From assembly GCA_031403055.1 (NCBI GenBank), contig JANNSW010000155.1, positions 1 to 52,197 on the forward strand: a stretch of 52,197 nt of DNA. The letters run 5' to 3'. The DNA is from Hyphomicrobiaceae bacterium. Lineage in GTDB: Bacteria > Pseudomonadota > Alphaproteobacteria > Rhizobiales > Hyphomicrobiaceae. Made by a program: the position numbers and the translations under genes. This document shows positions 20,665 to 31,820 of the stretch, piece by piece (position 1 is the stretch's first letter; the number at the start of each line of letters is the position of its first letter). Below the pieces are notes generated by a model. The model was not told the origin of the DNA, did not search any database, and was given only the letters and a program-made list of their open reading frames with translations.

Positions 20665-22788
20665 ATGATTTCGCGGCGGCGTGCAGGAGTGTTGGCGCGC
20701 CTCCTGGCAGCGGTGTTTCCGGCCACTCTCCTCTTAATGACGACGGTCTCCCCAGCGCGGGCCGCCCAGGCGCTCGACAATGCGCTGCTGCCGCTGTTCT
20801 CGACGATTCCCTCCGACGATGAGCTGGCGCGGGTGAAGTCGGCGTTCGCCGCGACCGCCAAAAAGGACTATGCTGGCGCCAATGCGCAAGCCGGCGCGAT
20901 CAAGGACAAGCTCGCGCTCGATCTGGTGCGCTGGGACTACTACCGCAGTGGCGGCGAAGGCGCGTCCCCCGACGACATCATGAGCTTCGTCGGCGCGCAT
21001 GGGGACTGGCCGGTCGAGGAGCTGATCGCGTCCGCCGAGGAAACGCTGTTCAAGTCGCGACCCGGCGGGGAAGCCATCAAGGGGTTCTTCGGCACGCGCC
21101 AACCTGTGACGGCAGCCGGAAAGGTTGCGCTTGCCGAGGCGTTGCTCGCGAGCGGCGACACGGACGCCGCGCGAAAGCTCGCCAGCTCGACCTGGCGCAA
21201 CGACAAAATGCCTGACGGGATCGAGGATGAGGTTGCCGAGCGGCTGGGCTCGCTGTTGTCTCCCAAGGACCACAAATGGCGGCTCGACCGCATCCTGCTC
21301 GACGACAGCAGATGGGAGAATGTGCGAAAAGTACGGATCGCGGCGGCACGCCGGGTCGCCAAGCGCCTCGACCAGGGCGAGCAGCAGCAGGCGGAAGCCC
21401 GCATCGCCGTCTATGACTGCTATCGAGGCGGCAAGTGCCTCGGCCGCGCCAAATCGCTTTACGCCAAGCTTCCCGCTGGTGCGCTCGATGATTGGGGCGC
21501 TTATTTCCACAAAGTGCAGATGCTGCGCCGGGACGGCAAGGAGAAGGACGCCTGGCTGCGGCTCCTGAAGGCGCCAGCCGATCCCGCATTGCTGGTCGAT
21601 CCGGACGGCTGGTGGATCGAGCGGCGCACCAACGCCTACAACGCACTCTATGCTGGCGAGCCCAAGGTTGCCTACCGGCTTGCTGCCGAGCATGGGCCGT
21701 TGACCGTCAATCCGCTGAAGGACGCGGAGTTCATGGCGGGGTGGATCGCGCTGCGGTTCCTGAAGGACGCGAGCACCGCCGAGCGCCACTTTCTCGCGCT
21801 GCGCAAGGCCGCCGACGGTCCCATCAGCGCGACGGAGGCCGACTACTGGCTGGGGCGGACCTATCAGGCACTCGGTAGCTCCGGCAAAGCCCAGGAGCAC
21901 TACGCCAGCGCTGGCCGCGATCTGACGACCTTCTACGGCCAGCTCGCGCGCCAGACATTGGACAAGAGCGCGACGGCGCTCGAGTTGGCGCCGCCCCCGA
22001 TTCCGCCCGAGGACGAGCAGGCCCGCTTTGCCGGCAATTCCGCGGTGCGGGCCATGCTGATCGCGTCAAAGGCGGGCTTGTCGGACGTGATGCGCACGTT
22101 TGCCTCGCATCTGCGCTACCGCTTCAAGACCGAAGGCGAGCTGGTGATGTTGGCCCATCTCGCGGCTTCGCTGGGCGACACGCAAATGGCGCTGCGGATC
22201 GGCAAGACCGGCATGGGCAAGGGCTTCCGGCTCGCCGAGTATGCCTATCCGACCCATGCCATGCCGAAGTTCTCGCCCCTCCGGCCGCTGCCCGAGGAGG
22301 CGATCTTCTATGCAATCGCCCGCCAGGAGAGCGAGTTCAACACGCTGATCGTGTCGGGAGCGGGTGCGCGCGGCATCCTGCAGGTGATGCCGGTGACGGC
22401 CAAGCACATCTGCGGCCAGTACAAAATCAAGTGCGAGCTCGGCAAGCTCTCCTCCGACCCCTCCTACAATGCCCGCCTCGCAACCGCCTATATCGCCGAT
22501 CGCAACGACGATTTCACCGGCTCCTACATCATGGCGTTCGCGGGCTACAACGCCGGGCCCGGACGCGTGCGCCAATGGATCGGCAAGATCGGCGATCCGC
22601 GCGCTGCCGGCATCGATCCGGTCGACTGGATCGAGCTCATTCACATCGAGGAGACGCGCGACTACGTGCAGAAGGTCCTCGCCAACGTGCAGGTCTACCG
22701 CGCGCGGCTGGGCGATGCGGGCAAAGCACTGCGCACTCGCCAGGACCTGGTGCGGTCAAAGAGCAAGACCGAGACGGCGGCGAATTGA
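20665..22788 (+). CDS. Soluble lytic murein transglycosylase (Slt70-like)
   Basis: AGGAG 6-7 nt upstream of ATG 20665. Signal peptide LLAAVFPATLLLMTTVSPARA, superhelical N-domain, SLT domain ARQESEFNTLIVSGAGARGILQVMP...AGYNAGPGRV. Confidence 0.88.
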   Translation: MISRRRAGVLARLLAAVFPATLLLMTTVSPARAAQALDNALLPLFSTIPSDDELARVKSAFAATAKKDYAGANAQAGAIKDKLALDLVRWDYYRSGGEGASPDDIMSFVGAHGDWPVEELIASAEETLFKSRPGGEAIKGFFGTRQPVTAAGKVALAEALLASGDTDAARKLASSTWRNDKMPDGIEDEVAERLGSLLSPKDHKWRLDRILLDDSRWENVRKVRIAAARRVAKRLDQGEQQQAEARIAVYDCYRGGKCLGRAKSLYAKLPAGALDDWGAYFHKVQMLRRDGKEKDAWLRLLKAPADPALLVDPDGWWIERRTNAYNALYAGEPKVAYRLAAEHGPLTVNPLKDAEFMAGWIALRFLKDASTAERHFLALRKAADGPISATEADYWLGRTYQALGSSGKAQEHYASAGRDLTTFYGQLARQTLDKSATALELAPPPIPPEDEQARFAGNSAVRAMLIASKAGLSDVMRTFASHLRYRFKTEGELVMLAHLAASLGDTQMALRIGKTGMGKGFRLAEYAYPTHAMPKFSPLRPLPEEAIFYAIARQESEFNTLIVSGAGARGILQVMPVTAKHICGQYKIKCELGKLSSDPSYNARLATAYIADRNDDFTGSYIMAFAGYNAGPGRVRQWIGKIGDPRAAGIDPVDWIELIHIEETRDYVQKVLANVQVYRARLGDAGKALRTRQDLVRSKSKTETAAN

Positions 22789-22978
22789 CAGGTGCTTGCC
22801 AATTCCTCTCGTCGGCACCGTGCGAGCGCGATCCGCTCTAGCGGCCGGATGCCGTCGTGAGCAGAGCCTGACATCGCGATCCTGGACTTGACCGCGGCCC
22901 ATGCCTATATGAACCGGAACTGCGCCGATCCCTTTCCTGGGGCCGAGCGTCTCATTTGTTTTCCCACACGGAGTGATC

Positions 22979-24112
22979 ATGCCCTGGAACAACCAAAGCG
23001 GCGGTGGTGGCGGCGGCTGGAAAGGTGGCGGTCCGTGGGGGCAAGGCCCCGGAGGAGGCGGCTCGGGGCAACCCGATCTGGAAGAGATCCTGAAGCGCAG
23101 CCAGGACCGCCTCAAGCAGGCGATGCCGGGCGGTGGCCTCAACAAGGGCATGATGCTGCTTTTGACCCTCGTGGGTCTGGCCGTCGTCGCCTTCCTCGGC
23201 TTCACCGTGCGCGTCAACCCCGACGAGCAGGGGATCGTCACCCGCTTCGGCGCCTTCCACCGCCAGCTCACGCCGGGCCTCTCGCTCCGTCTGCCGCCCC
23301 CGATCGAGAAAGTCTATCTGCCGAAGGTGACCGCGCTCAACAAGACCGAGGTCGGCTCCTTCCGCTCGACCGACGGGCGGACCGCGACCACCAATCGGGG
23401 CGCTGCCGAGGAAGGCATCATGCTGACGGGCGATGAGAACATCGTCGACGCTGACTTCGTGGTGTTCTGGCAGATCAAGGACGCATCGCAGTTCCTGTTC
23501 AATGTACGCGATGGCGAGGCCGTGCTTTCGGGCTATGCGGCGCAAACCGTGAAGGACGTGGCCGAGAGCGCCATGCGCGAAGTGATCGGCAAGCAGTCGA
23601 TCGAGAACGCGTTGCGCGAGCGGGGCACGACCGAGATCGCAGTCCACGAGCTGATGCAGAAGACGCTCGATGCCTATACCGCCGGCATCCAGATCACCCA
23701 GGTGCAGCTGTTGCGGGTCGATCCCCCCCAGCAGGTGCGCGACGCCTTCCTCGACGTGCAGACGGCTCGCAACGATCAGGACCGGCTCGTGAACGAGGCC
23801 AAGGCCTACGCCAACAGCCAGATCCCACTCGCCCGCGGCGACGCCGAAAGGATCAAGCAGGAGGCCCAAGCCTACAAGGAGCAGACCGTCGCGGAGGCCA
23901 AGGGTCAGACCTCGCGGTTCCTCGCCGTGCTCGGTGAGTACAAGAAGGCACCCGAGGTAACGCGCGAGCGGATGTTCCTGGAAACGATGGAACGTGTGCT
24001 TGGCGGCATGGACAAGGTCATCATCGACCAGAAGGGTGGGGGCCAAGGTGTGGTGCCGTTCCTGCCCTTGAACGAGCTCACCCGCAAGCAACCCACCCAG
24101 GGAGTCCAGTGA
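22979..24112 (+). CDS. hflK: Protease modulator HflK
   Basis: MPWNNQSGGGGGGWKGGGPWGQGPGG Gly-rich N-terminus, TM segment, SPFH/band-7 domain. GGAG 5 nt upstream of ATG 22979. Confidence 0.92.
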   Translation: MPWNNQSGGGGGGWKGGGPWGQGPGGGGSGQPDLEEILKRSQDRLKQAMPGGGLNKGMMLLLTLVGLAVVAFLGFTVRVNPDEQGIVTRFGAFHRQLTPGLSLRLPPPIEKVYLPKVTALNKTEVGSFRSTDGRTATTNRGAAEEGIMLTGDENIVDADFVVFWQIKDASQFLFNVRDGEAVLSGYAAQTVKDVAESAMREVIGKQSIENALRERGTTEIAVHELMQKTLDAYTAGIQITQVQLLRVDPPQQVRDAFLDVQTARNDQDRLVNEAKAYANSQIPLARGDAERIKQEAQAYKEQTVAEAKGQTSRFLAVLGEYKKAPEVTRERMFLETMERVLGGMDKVIIDQKGGGQGVVPFLPLNELTRKQPTQGVQ

Positions 24113-24113
24113 T

Positions 24114-25004
24114 ATGCGCAGCTTCCTGATGGGCCTCCTCGTGCTCCTGGGCCTCGGCTCGGTCGCCGCCTACTCGGCATTTTTCATCGTCGACCAGACC
24201 GAGCAGGCACTGGTGCTGGAGTTCGGAAAACCGACCAAGGTGATCGACAAGCCCGGTCTGAACTGGCTCATTCCCTTCGTGCAGACGGTCGACCTCTATG
24301 ACAAGCGCATCATCGAGATCGACGCGCAGCCCCAAGAGGTGATCTTGACCGACAAGAAGCGGCTGGTCGTCGACAGCTTCGCGCGTTATCGCATCACGGA
24401 TCCCCTCCTCTACTACCAAACCGTGGGTGACGAGCGCGTGGCCCGGCTGCGGCTGAGCGCCTTCATCGAGGGCGCGATGCGCCGCGTGCTCGGTCTTGCC
24501 AACATCCGCGAGGTTGTCAAAGAGAAGCGCGACGACCTGATGCGCCAGATCGCCGAACAGGTCAGCCAGGAAGGCAAGACCATCGGCGTCCAGATCGTCG
24601 ACGTGCGTCTGAAGCGCGCCGACGTGCCGCTCGAGAACCAGGAATCGATCTATGCACGCATGCGCACCGAACGCCAGCGCGAGGCCGCCGAGATCCGCGC
24701 CCAGGGCGAGGAAGCGTCCCGCAAGATCAAGGCCAATGCCGACCGTGAGGTGACGGTGATCAAGGCCGAGGCCATGCGGCTCGCCGAAACGCTGCGCGGC
24801 GAGGGCGACGGCGAGCGTAACAAAATCTTCGCGGACGCCTACAACCGCGACTCGGAGTTCTTCTCCTTCTATCGCTCGATGCAGGCCTACGAGACCGGCC
24901 TGAAGTCGAGTGGCACGCGGATGGTGCTCTCACCTGACAGCGATTTCTTCCGCTACTTCAATGATGCCTTGGGCAAGGGCAATACGCGAACCAAGGGCCA
25001 GTAG
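24114..25004 (+). CDS. hflC: Protease modulator HflC
   Basis: 296 aa; AYSAFFIVDQTEQALVLEFGKP...SPFH domain; immediately follows hflK. Confidence 0.92.
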   Translation: MRSFLMGLLVLLGLGSVAAYSAFFIVDQTEQALVLEFGKPTKVIDKPGLNWLIPFVQTVDLYDKRIIEIDAQPQEVILTDKKRLVVDSFARYRITDPLLYYQTVGDERVARLRLSAFIEGAMRRVLGLANIREVVKEKRDDLMRQIAEQVSQEGKTIGVQIVDVRLKRADVPLENQESIYARMRTERQREAAEIRAQGEEASRKIKANADREVTVIKAEAMRLAETLRGEGDGERNKIFADAYNRDSEFFSFYRSMQAYETGLKSSGTRMVLSPDSDFFRYFNDALGKGNTRTKGQ

Positions 25005-25038
25005 CCGATCTCGGTGGGCTGAGTGAGTGGGCCAGATC

Positions 25039-25224
25039 ATGCTGGACCTGGGTTTTGCCCTCGGGCTCGTGCTGGTGCTCGAAGGTCTCATCTGGGCCAT
25101 CTTCCCAGGCTACGCGACGCATCTGTTGGAGGTGGCCACCCAGACCCCGCAAACGGTGCTGCGCCATGGCGGCGCGCTCGCCGTGGTTGCCGGTCTGCTG
25201 ATCGTCTATCTGATACGCGGGTGA
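25039..25224 (+). CDS. DUF2065 small membrane protein
   Basis: MLDLGFALGLVLVLEGLIWAIFP...ALAVVAGLLIVYLIR. Conserved position between hflC and degP-like genes. The track start, GTG 25027, is also possible. Confidence 0.75.
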   Translation: MLDLGFALGLVLVLEGLIWAIFPGYATHLLEVATQTPQTVLRHGGALAVVAGLLIVYLIRG

Positions 25225-26762
25225 TGCCGCGCCGGTCCTCGTCGATGGAGCATTCGCCTATGCACTCGAACCCGCAGAACTACCGGCCCGGCCTCGCAAC
25301 TCGATGGGCGCTCGGCGTCGGCGCGCTCGCCGCCGTGCTCGCCTCGGCGACCGTCGTCGCGCAGGAAACCGCGCCCGTGTTCAGCGGTCCCCAGTCGGTA
25401 GCTCCGGTTGCCGAGCGGCTGCTGGATGCCGTCGTCAACATCTCGACCACCCAGACCATCAAGGGCGCCCAGGGGATCCCGCTGCCCGAGGTTCCCGAAG
25501 GCTCCCCGTTCGAGGAGTTCTTCAAGGAGTTCTTCGACGAGCGCAATCGCGACTCGGGCGGCGCGCGCCAGGTTTCCTCGCTTGGCTCGGGCTTCGTGAT
25601 CGATCCGACGGGTCTGATCGTCACCAACAATCACGTCATTGCCGACGCGGATGAGATCTTCATCAATTTCACCGATGGCACCAAGCTGAAGGTCGACAAG
25701 GTGCTCGGGCGCGACACCAAGACCGACCTTGCGCTCCTCAAGGTGACGCCGGCCAAACCACTGGTTGCGGTCGCCTTCGGCAACTCCTCGATCATGCGCG
25801 TCGGTGATTGGGTGATGGCGATCGGCAATCCGTTCGGCCTGGGCGGCTCGGTCACGGTCGGCATCATCTCGGCCGTCAAGCGCGATATCAATTCCGGTCC
25901 CTATGACGAGTTCCTGCAGACCGATGCGGCCATCAACAAGGGCAACTCGGGTGGACCGCTGTTCAACATGGCAGGCGAGGTGATCGGCATCAACACGGCG
26001 ATCATCTCGCCGTCGGGCGGGTCGATCGGGATCGGTTTTGCCGTTCCAGCCAACACGGCCGTCAACATTGTCGAGCAGCTTCGCCAATTCGGCGAGACCC
26101 GTCGCGGCTGGATCGGCATATCGATCCAGTCGGTTACCGACGAGATCGCCGAGAGCCTGGGCATGTCGGCTCCCAAGGGGGCTCTCGTCGCGGCAACAAC
26201 GCCAGATGGCCCGGCTGCCAAGGGTGGCCTCAAGCCCGGCGACGTGATCGTCAGCTTCGACGCCCGGTCGGTCGCCAGCATGCGCGAGCTGCCCAAGATC
26301 GTGGCGTTGACCCCGATCGGCAAGGTCGTGAAGGTCGAGGTGCTGCGGGGCGGCGCGGCGCTCACCCTCGATCTGACCGTCGATCGCCTGGTCGAGACGG
26401 AAGCGGAGCTGGCGGCGATGACGCCGAGCGAGAGTGAGGAAGTCCAGCCTGGCCCGAGCCAGAGCGCGACCGTGCTGGGCCTGACACTCGTTCCGTTGAC
26501 GCCCGAATTGCGCAAGAAGCACAGCGTTGCGGAAACGGTCGCGGGCGTGCTCGTCGCCGAGGCCGATCCCAATGGCGCAGGCGCCCTGAAGGGGATCCGG
26601 CCAGGCGAGATCATCTCGGAAGTGACGAACGAGAAGGTCGCGGCGCCGGCGGACGTGTCGAAACGCATCGAGGCGGTGAAGGGGCTCGGCCGCTCCTCCG
26701 TGCTGCTTCTCGTCACCACACCGAAGGGCGAGATCCGCTTTGTCGCCGTGCCGGTTCAATAG
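25224..26762 (+). CDS. Periplasmic Do/DegP/DegQ-family serine endoprotease with two PDZ domains
   Basis: Catalytic triad context TNNHVI / DLALLKV / GNSGGPLFN. Signal-like ALGVGALAAVLASATVVAQE. Start candidates 25224, 25245, 25260; the upstream part of track ORF 25023.. is not coding for this protein. Confidence 0.9.
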   Translation: MPRRSSSMEHSPMHSNPQNYRPGLATRWALGVGALAAVLASATVVAQETAPVFSGPQSVAPVAERLLDAVVNISTTQTIKGAQGIPLPEVPEGSPFEEFFKEFFDERNRDSGGARQVSSLGSGFVIDPTGLIVTNNHVIADADEIFINFTDGTKLKVDKVLGRDTKTDLALLKVTPAKPLVAVAFGNSSIMRVGDWVMAIGNPFGLGGSVTVGIISAVKRDINSGPYDEFLQTDAAINKGNSGGPLFNMAGEVIGINTAIISPSGGSIGIGFAVPANTAVNIVEQLRQFGETRRGWIGISIQSVTDEIAESLGMSAPKGALVAATTPDGPAAKGGLKPGDVIVSFDARSVASMRELPKIVALTPIGKVVKVEVLRGGAALTLDLTVDRLVETEAELAAMTPSESEEVQPGPSQSATVLGLTLVPLTPELRKKHSVAETVAGVLVAEADPNGAGALKGIRPGEIISEVTNEKVAAPADVSKRIEAVKGLGRSSVLLLVTTPKGEIRFVAVPVQ

Positions 26763-26895
26763 ATGGGCGCTCGATAACAGGGCAACGTATCGGGGCCGAT
26801 TGGCTCAGCCTGCACATTGATCCAGCAATCACACCGGCGGCGCGGGGTTGCTGAGCGTGCGCCGTCACGAGCCGGGGGTCGCGCGCTGATCCGGA

Positions 26896-27654
26896 CTACG
26901 CGTCCTCATCCTCCTCCTCGTCCGCTTCCTCGATCGAGCGGACGGCGCAGATGCCGGCGAAGTAGAGGGATGCGAGCGCCCATAGCCAGAACACGATCGG
27001 CTCGGCGGTCATCGGATGCTCGGGCTTGTCGGCGAGGAACATCAGCCAGAACGTTGTCGCGCTCCACACCACCGTGACGATCAGCGTCAGCGGGCGGAAT
27101 TTTGCCACCCGCAACGGATGCACGTACTTCCATGGCACGAATGTCAGCACGCCACACGTGACGATCACGGCAAGGTTCACCCAGTCGGGGGTCCGCAAAA
27201 TATAAAGATAGAGGACGACCAGATTCCAGACGGCTGGAAATCCCTGGAAGTAATTATCCGACGTCTTCATGTCCATGTTGGCATAGCAATAGAGCGAGGT
27301 CAGCGCGATGAAGCACGCCGAGGCCACCGCGAACTGCCCAGGCACCATCTGGAACCAGAACACCATCAGCGCGGGAATGAAGGAATAGGTCACGAAATCG
27401 ATCACGAGATCGAGCGCTGCGCCGTCGAATCGCGGCGTGTACTCGCGCACGCGGAAGCGCCGGGCGAGGGTGCCATCGATGCCGTCGATAAAGAGCGCAA
27501 GGCCCAACCAGAGAAAGGCCTTCAACTCGTCACCGCGCAGCATCGCCACCAGCGCCAGCATCGCGAGCACGATGCCGGTGCCGGTGAAGAGATGCACCGC
27601 CCAGGCGGCTGCGATGCGCCGCTGCTCGGACTTGCTGTCCAATGTCAGCCTCAT
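26896..27654 (-). CDS. pcs: Phosphatidylcholine synthase (CDP-alcohol phosphatidyltransferase family)
   Basis: 252 aa; WLGLALFIDGIDGTLARRFRV...FDGAALDLVIDFVTYSFIPA...FQGFPAVWNLVV...FVPWKYVHPLRV closely follows rhizobial Pcs as I recall it. Confidence 0.85.
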   Translation of the reverse strand: MRLTLDSKSEQRRIAAAWAVHLFTGTGIVLAMLALVAMLRGDELKAFLWLGLALFIDGIDGTLARRFRVREYTPRFDGAALDLVIDFVTYSFIPALMVFWFQMVPGQFAVASACFIALTSLYCYANMDMKTSDNYFQGFPAVWNLVVLYLYILRTPDWVNLAVIVTCGVLTFVPWKYVHPLRVAKFRPLTLIVTVVWSATTFWLMFLADKPEHPMTAEPIVFWLWALASLYFAGICAVRSIEEADEEEDEDA

Positions 27655-27863
27655 GTTGTCATCCTCCAGGCTGCTGGAGCTCCCTTTGATTGCGACAACC
27701 AGATGACACGAAACGAGCGCGCGGTCGAGGCATCTAGCGGCGCCGTGCAGTCGGCCAGCCGGGTTTTTCTACACCGCAACGGCCACTGGCGGCCACCGGC
27801 GCATGTTTGCGGCACGATCGCTGGATGAAACTGACGGTACCCACTATCCCCTGCCGCCAGGCC

Positions 27864-29240
27864 TCAAGGCTGCCTGACGAATTTCCAATAGTGCCCGCTC
27901 GTGCCGTCGGTCGGTTTCAGGCCGGGGCGCTGGTCGGGGCGCTGGCCGAGGCGGATGAGGTTGAAGATGTCGGAGATGATTGATTTTGATTCCGCATAGT
28001 AGGAATGACCGACGAAATCGGTCTCGGCATCGGTCGAATCGATGGTGTCGATGCCAGGCACGACAGTGATGCCGCCGCCCGAATCGCCTGCCCGCGCGTA
28101 GCCGTTCACCTCTTGGGAAGCCTGCAGCGCCTTGTCGTTGGAGGAGGCGTAGAGCGTGACGGAGGGGGTCGCCGTGACGATGAAGGGGGCGATGTCGCGC
28201 TTGAACACCTCCGCGTCGATGTCGGGCGCGGCCATGATGATCTCGCGGATCTTGCGCCGCACGTCGGGTGATTCCTGCATCAGCTCCTTGATGGCGCCGG
28301 TCAGAGCGCGGTTGCCCATGCTGTGGGCGACGAGATAGATCGATTCAGCGCTCGAGCGCTCGGTGAACTCCTTGATGAAGCGCTTCAGGTTCGATTGCGT
28401 CCAGACCACGTTGCTCTCGTCGAACTTGTAGCCCGCCATGGTTCCCTGCGAGGGCCAGCTGTAGAACACCGGCGCACCCGAGAAGCCGAGATCATAGGCC
28501 ATCTGAGCGGTGCGGCGCGCCGCGTCCTTGAACAGCACATTGTAGCCGTGCACGAAGATGAAGGCGCTTTTGCCCGAGGATCCAGCGACCCGCGCCGCGA
28601 TCTCGGCATAGTACTGGTCGGGGAGCTGCTCCACCGCCGTCATCAGCACCACATGGCTCTCGGGGGTCTCGCGGAACTCGAGCCGCCAGATCGATGGGCC
28701 TTCGAGCTGGCCGAGCCGGTGCTCGCGCGGGATCGAGACCTCGGCCGCTCCGTAGACGAGAGTGCCGCGATCGCCGCCATACATCTCGTTGGGAGCCGCG
28801 CTGCCGGTGCGCTTGCGGTCGGTCGCGTAGAACACCCGCATGATTGCGAATTTGGGGTCGCTGCCGCCATTGGCGGCGGCGGGAGCGGGTGGAACGGGGG
28901 CAGGTTGCAGGGATTCGAGCTCAGGGGAAGGGGCAGCCTCTGCCGGCGCCTCGACCGAGGCTTCTGGCTCGCCCGCCGAGCTGGCGATCTCATCGTCGCC
29001 GCTGCGAGTCGACGGCTCCTCGGGAGCGCTCATCTTGGGTGCGGGCGCGCCAGCCGTCTGCCGCGAGGGCACGGAGTCGCCGACATTCAGCAGCACGAAC
29101 GCGGCCATGGCGGCGAGCAGAGCAAAGATCGCAACCACAGCAGCGGCCGCCACAACTCCGCGCTTGCGATGTGGCCGTTGGCCGTTCGCTGGTCCGCCCA
29201 TGACGCTCCCTCCCGCTCGAGACATCTCGCTCTCGAGCAA
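27864..29240 (-). CDS. Membrane-anchored alpha/beta hydrolase, DUF900-like
   Basis: N-terminal TM segment (VVAAAAVVAIFALLAAMAAFVLL), Pro/Ala/Glu-rich linker, FIFVHGYN...FYSWPS..., nucleophile elbow AHSMGN. Confidence 0.75.
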   Translation of the reverse strand: MLESEMSRAGGSVMGGPANGQRPHRKRGVVAAAAVVAIFALLAAMAAFVLLNVGDSVPSRQTAGAPAPKMSAPEEPSTRSGDDEIASSAGEPEASVEAPAEAAPSPELESLQPAPVPPAPAAANGGSDPKFAIMRVFYATDRKRTGSAAPNEMYGGDRGTLVYGAAEVSIPREHRLGQLEGPSIWRLEFRETPESHVVLMTAVEQLPDQYYAEIAARVAGSSGKSAFIFVHGYNVLFKDAARRTAQMAYDLGFSGAPVFYSWPSQGTMAGYKFDESNVVWTQSNLKRFIKEFTERSSAESIYLVAHSMGNRALTGAIKELMQESPDVRRKIREIIMAAPDIDAEVFKRDIAPFIVTATPSVTLYASSNDKALQASQEVNGYARAGDSGGGITVVPGIDTIDSTDAETDFVGHSYYAESKSIISDIFNLIRLGQRPDQRPGLKPTDGTSGHYWKFVRQP

Positions 29241-29318
29241 GGGCTAGCAAGTGCAGGGCGCCATGTCACGTCGCCCCCGCACCATCGCAGCACGGAAGAA
29301 AGCCGCGGATCGGAGCGA

Positions 29319-29588
29319 TCAGTGGAGGACGAGCGCGCCGTCACGGAACAGAACTTCGCAAGGCTGCACGAGGCCCTTGTGGGCGACGCGAACCCGCGAC
29401 AACGCTCCATCGAGGTTGTGGGCCCAGAAATCGAGGAATTTGCACAGGCGCGGATAGCGTGGATGCTGATCGTAGTCCTGCCAGATGTAGGCCTGGAGCA
29501 GGGATGGATGATCTGGCAAGTGGTAGAAGATCTCGGCGGTAGTGAGCCCATAACCCTTGATCTGGGCGACGAAATCCCGATCTGCCAT
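29319..29588 (-). CDS. Usg family protein
   Basis: Start at internal ATG 29588: MADRDFVAQIKGYGLTTAEIFYHLPDHPSLLQAYIWQDYD..PRYPRLCKFLDFW, the alphaproteobacterial Usg pattern. Confidence 0.8.
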   Translation of the reverse strand: MADRDFVAQIKGYGLTTAEIFYHLPDHPSLLQAYIWQDYDQHPRYPRLCKFLDFWAHNLDGALSRVRVAHKGLVQPCEVLFRDGALVLH

Positions 29589-29620
29589 GTACCGCGCTCT
29601 CCTTTGTGAACCCCGGATGA

Positions 29621-30874
<1,254 letters not shown>

Positions 30875-30898
30875 TCAGGTTACTGGCAGGTATCGATC

Positions 30899-31792
30899 AT
30901 GACATCACCCCCGCCGCTCAAATCCCGTGAGCTGCACAGTCATCATTTCGATTCGACCATCTGGAACGATTTTCCGTTTCGCTCCGACGATATCGTGATC
31001 GCCACCTATGCGAAGTCCGGCACGACCTGGGTGCAGCAGATCGTGGCGCAGCTCGTGTTCCAAGGCGCCGAAGGACTGGAAGTGTCGGCGATGTCGCCCT
31101 GGCTCGATCTGCGCGTCCCCCCCAAGGAGGTGAAGCTCGCAGCTCTGGCCGCCCAGCAGCATCGCCGCTTCGTCAAGACCCATCTTCCAGTCGATGCGCT
31201 CGTATTCTCGCCCAAGGCCAAGTATCTCTATGTCGGCCGCGACGGTCGCGATGTGGTCTGGAGCCTCTACAACCATCACGTCAACGCCAACGCGACCTGG
31301 TACGATATGCTCAACAATACGCCGGGCCTCGTCGGGCCGCCGATCGGGAGGCCGCCGGCCGACATCCGCCAATACTTCCACGAATGGCTCGACGGCGACG
31401 GCTACCCGTTCTGGTCGTTCTGGGAAAACGTGCGGAGCTGGTGGGCGATCAGGGATTTGCCGAATGTGCGGCTGATCCATTTCTCGGCCCTGAAGGCAGA
31501 CTTGTCGGGTGAGATCCGTGCCATAGCGGCGTTTCTGGGCATTGCGATCGATCCCTCCCAACTCGACTCCATCGTCGAGCACTGCGGCTTCGACTACATG
31601 AAGAAGCACGCGAGCAAATCCGTTCCGCTTGGCGGCATCCTGTGGGAAGGCGGCGCGGAGACGTTCATCAACAAGGGCACCAATGGCCGTTGGCGCGACG
31701 TGCTGACGGCGGACGACAACGCCCGCTACGAGGCTCGGGCCACGGCTGAGCTGGGCGAGGATTGCGCCCGCTGGCTGACCGCAGCCCAATAG
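30899..31792 (+). CDS. Cytosolic-type (Sulfotransfer_1) PAPS-dependent sulfotransferase
   Basis: 5'-PSB loop YAKSGTTWVQQIV, 3'-PB-like INKGTNGRWRDVLT, RFVKTHLP. Lower GC than the surroundings: two 60-nt lines hand-counted at 52% and 55%. Confidence 0.8.
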   Translation: MTSPPPLKSRELHSHHFDSTIWNDFPFRSDDIVIATYAKSGTTWVQQIVAQLVFQGAEGLEVSAMSPWLDLRVPPKEVKLAALAAQQHRRFVKTHLPVDALVFSPKAKYLYVGRDGRDVVWSLYNHHVNANATWYDMLNNTPGLVGPPIGRPPADIRQYFHEWLDGDGYPFWSFWENVRSWWAIRDLPNVRLIHFSALKADLSGEIRAIAAFLGIAIDPSQLDSIVEHCGFDYMKKHASKSVPLGGILWEGGAETFINKGTNGRWRDVLTADDNARYEARATAELGEDCARWLTAAQ

Positions 31793-31820
31793 GCCGGGCC
31801 CGACCCGCATTGCCCCCGGG

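Noticed and set aside
22887-22910. CTTGAC ... CCTATAT upstream of hflK as a sigma-32-type promoter
   Set aside because: The spacer is only 11 nt, shorter than the spacing I recall for sigma-32 or sigma-70 promoters.
22952-26759. Long minus-strand ORFs 22952..24091 and 25206..26759
   Set aside because: Antisense shadows of hflK and the DegP-like protease respectively.
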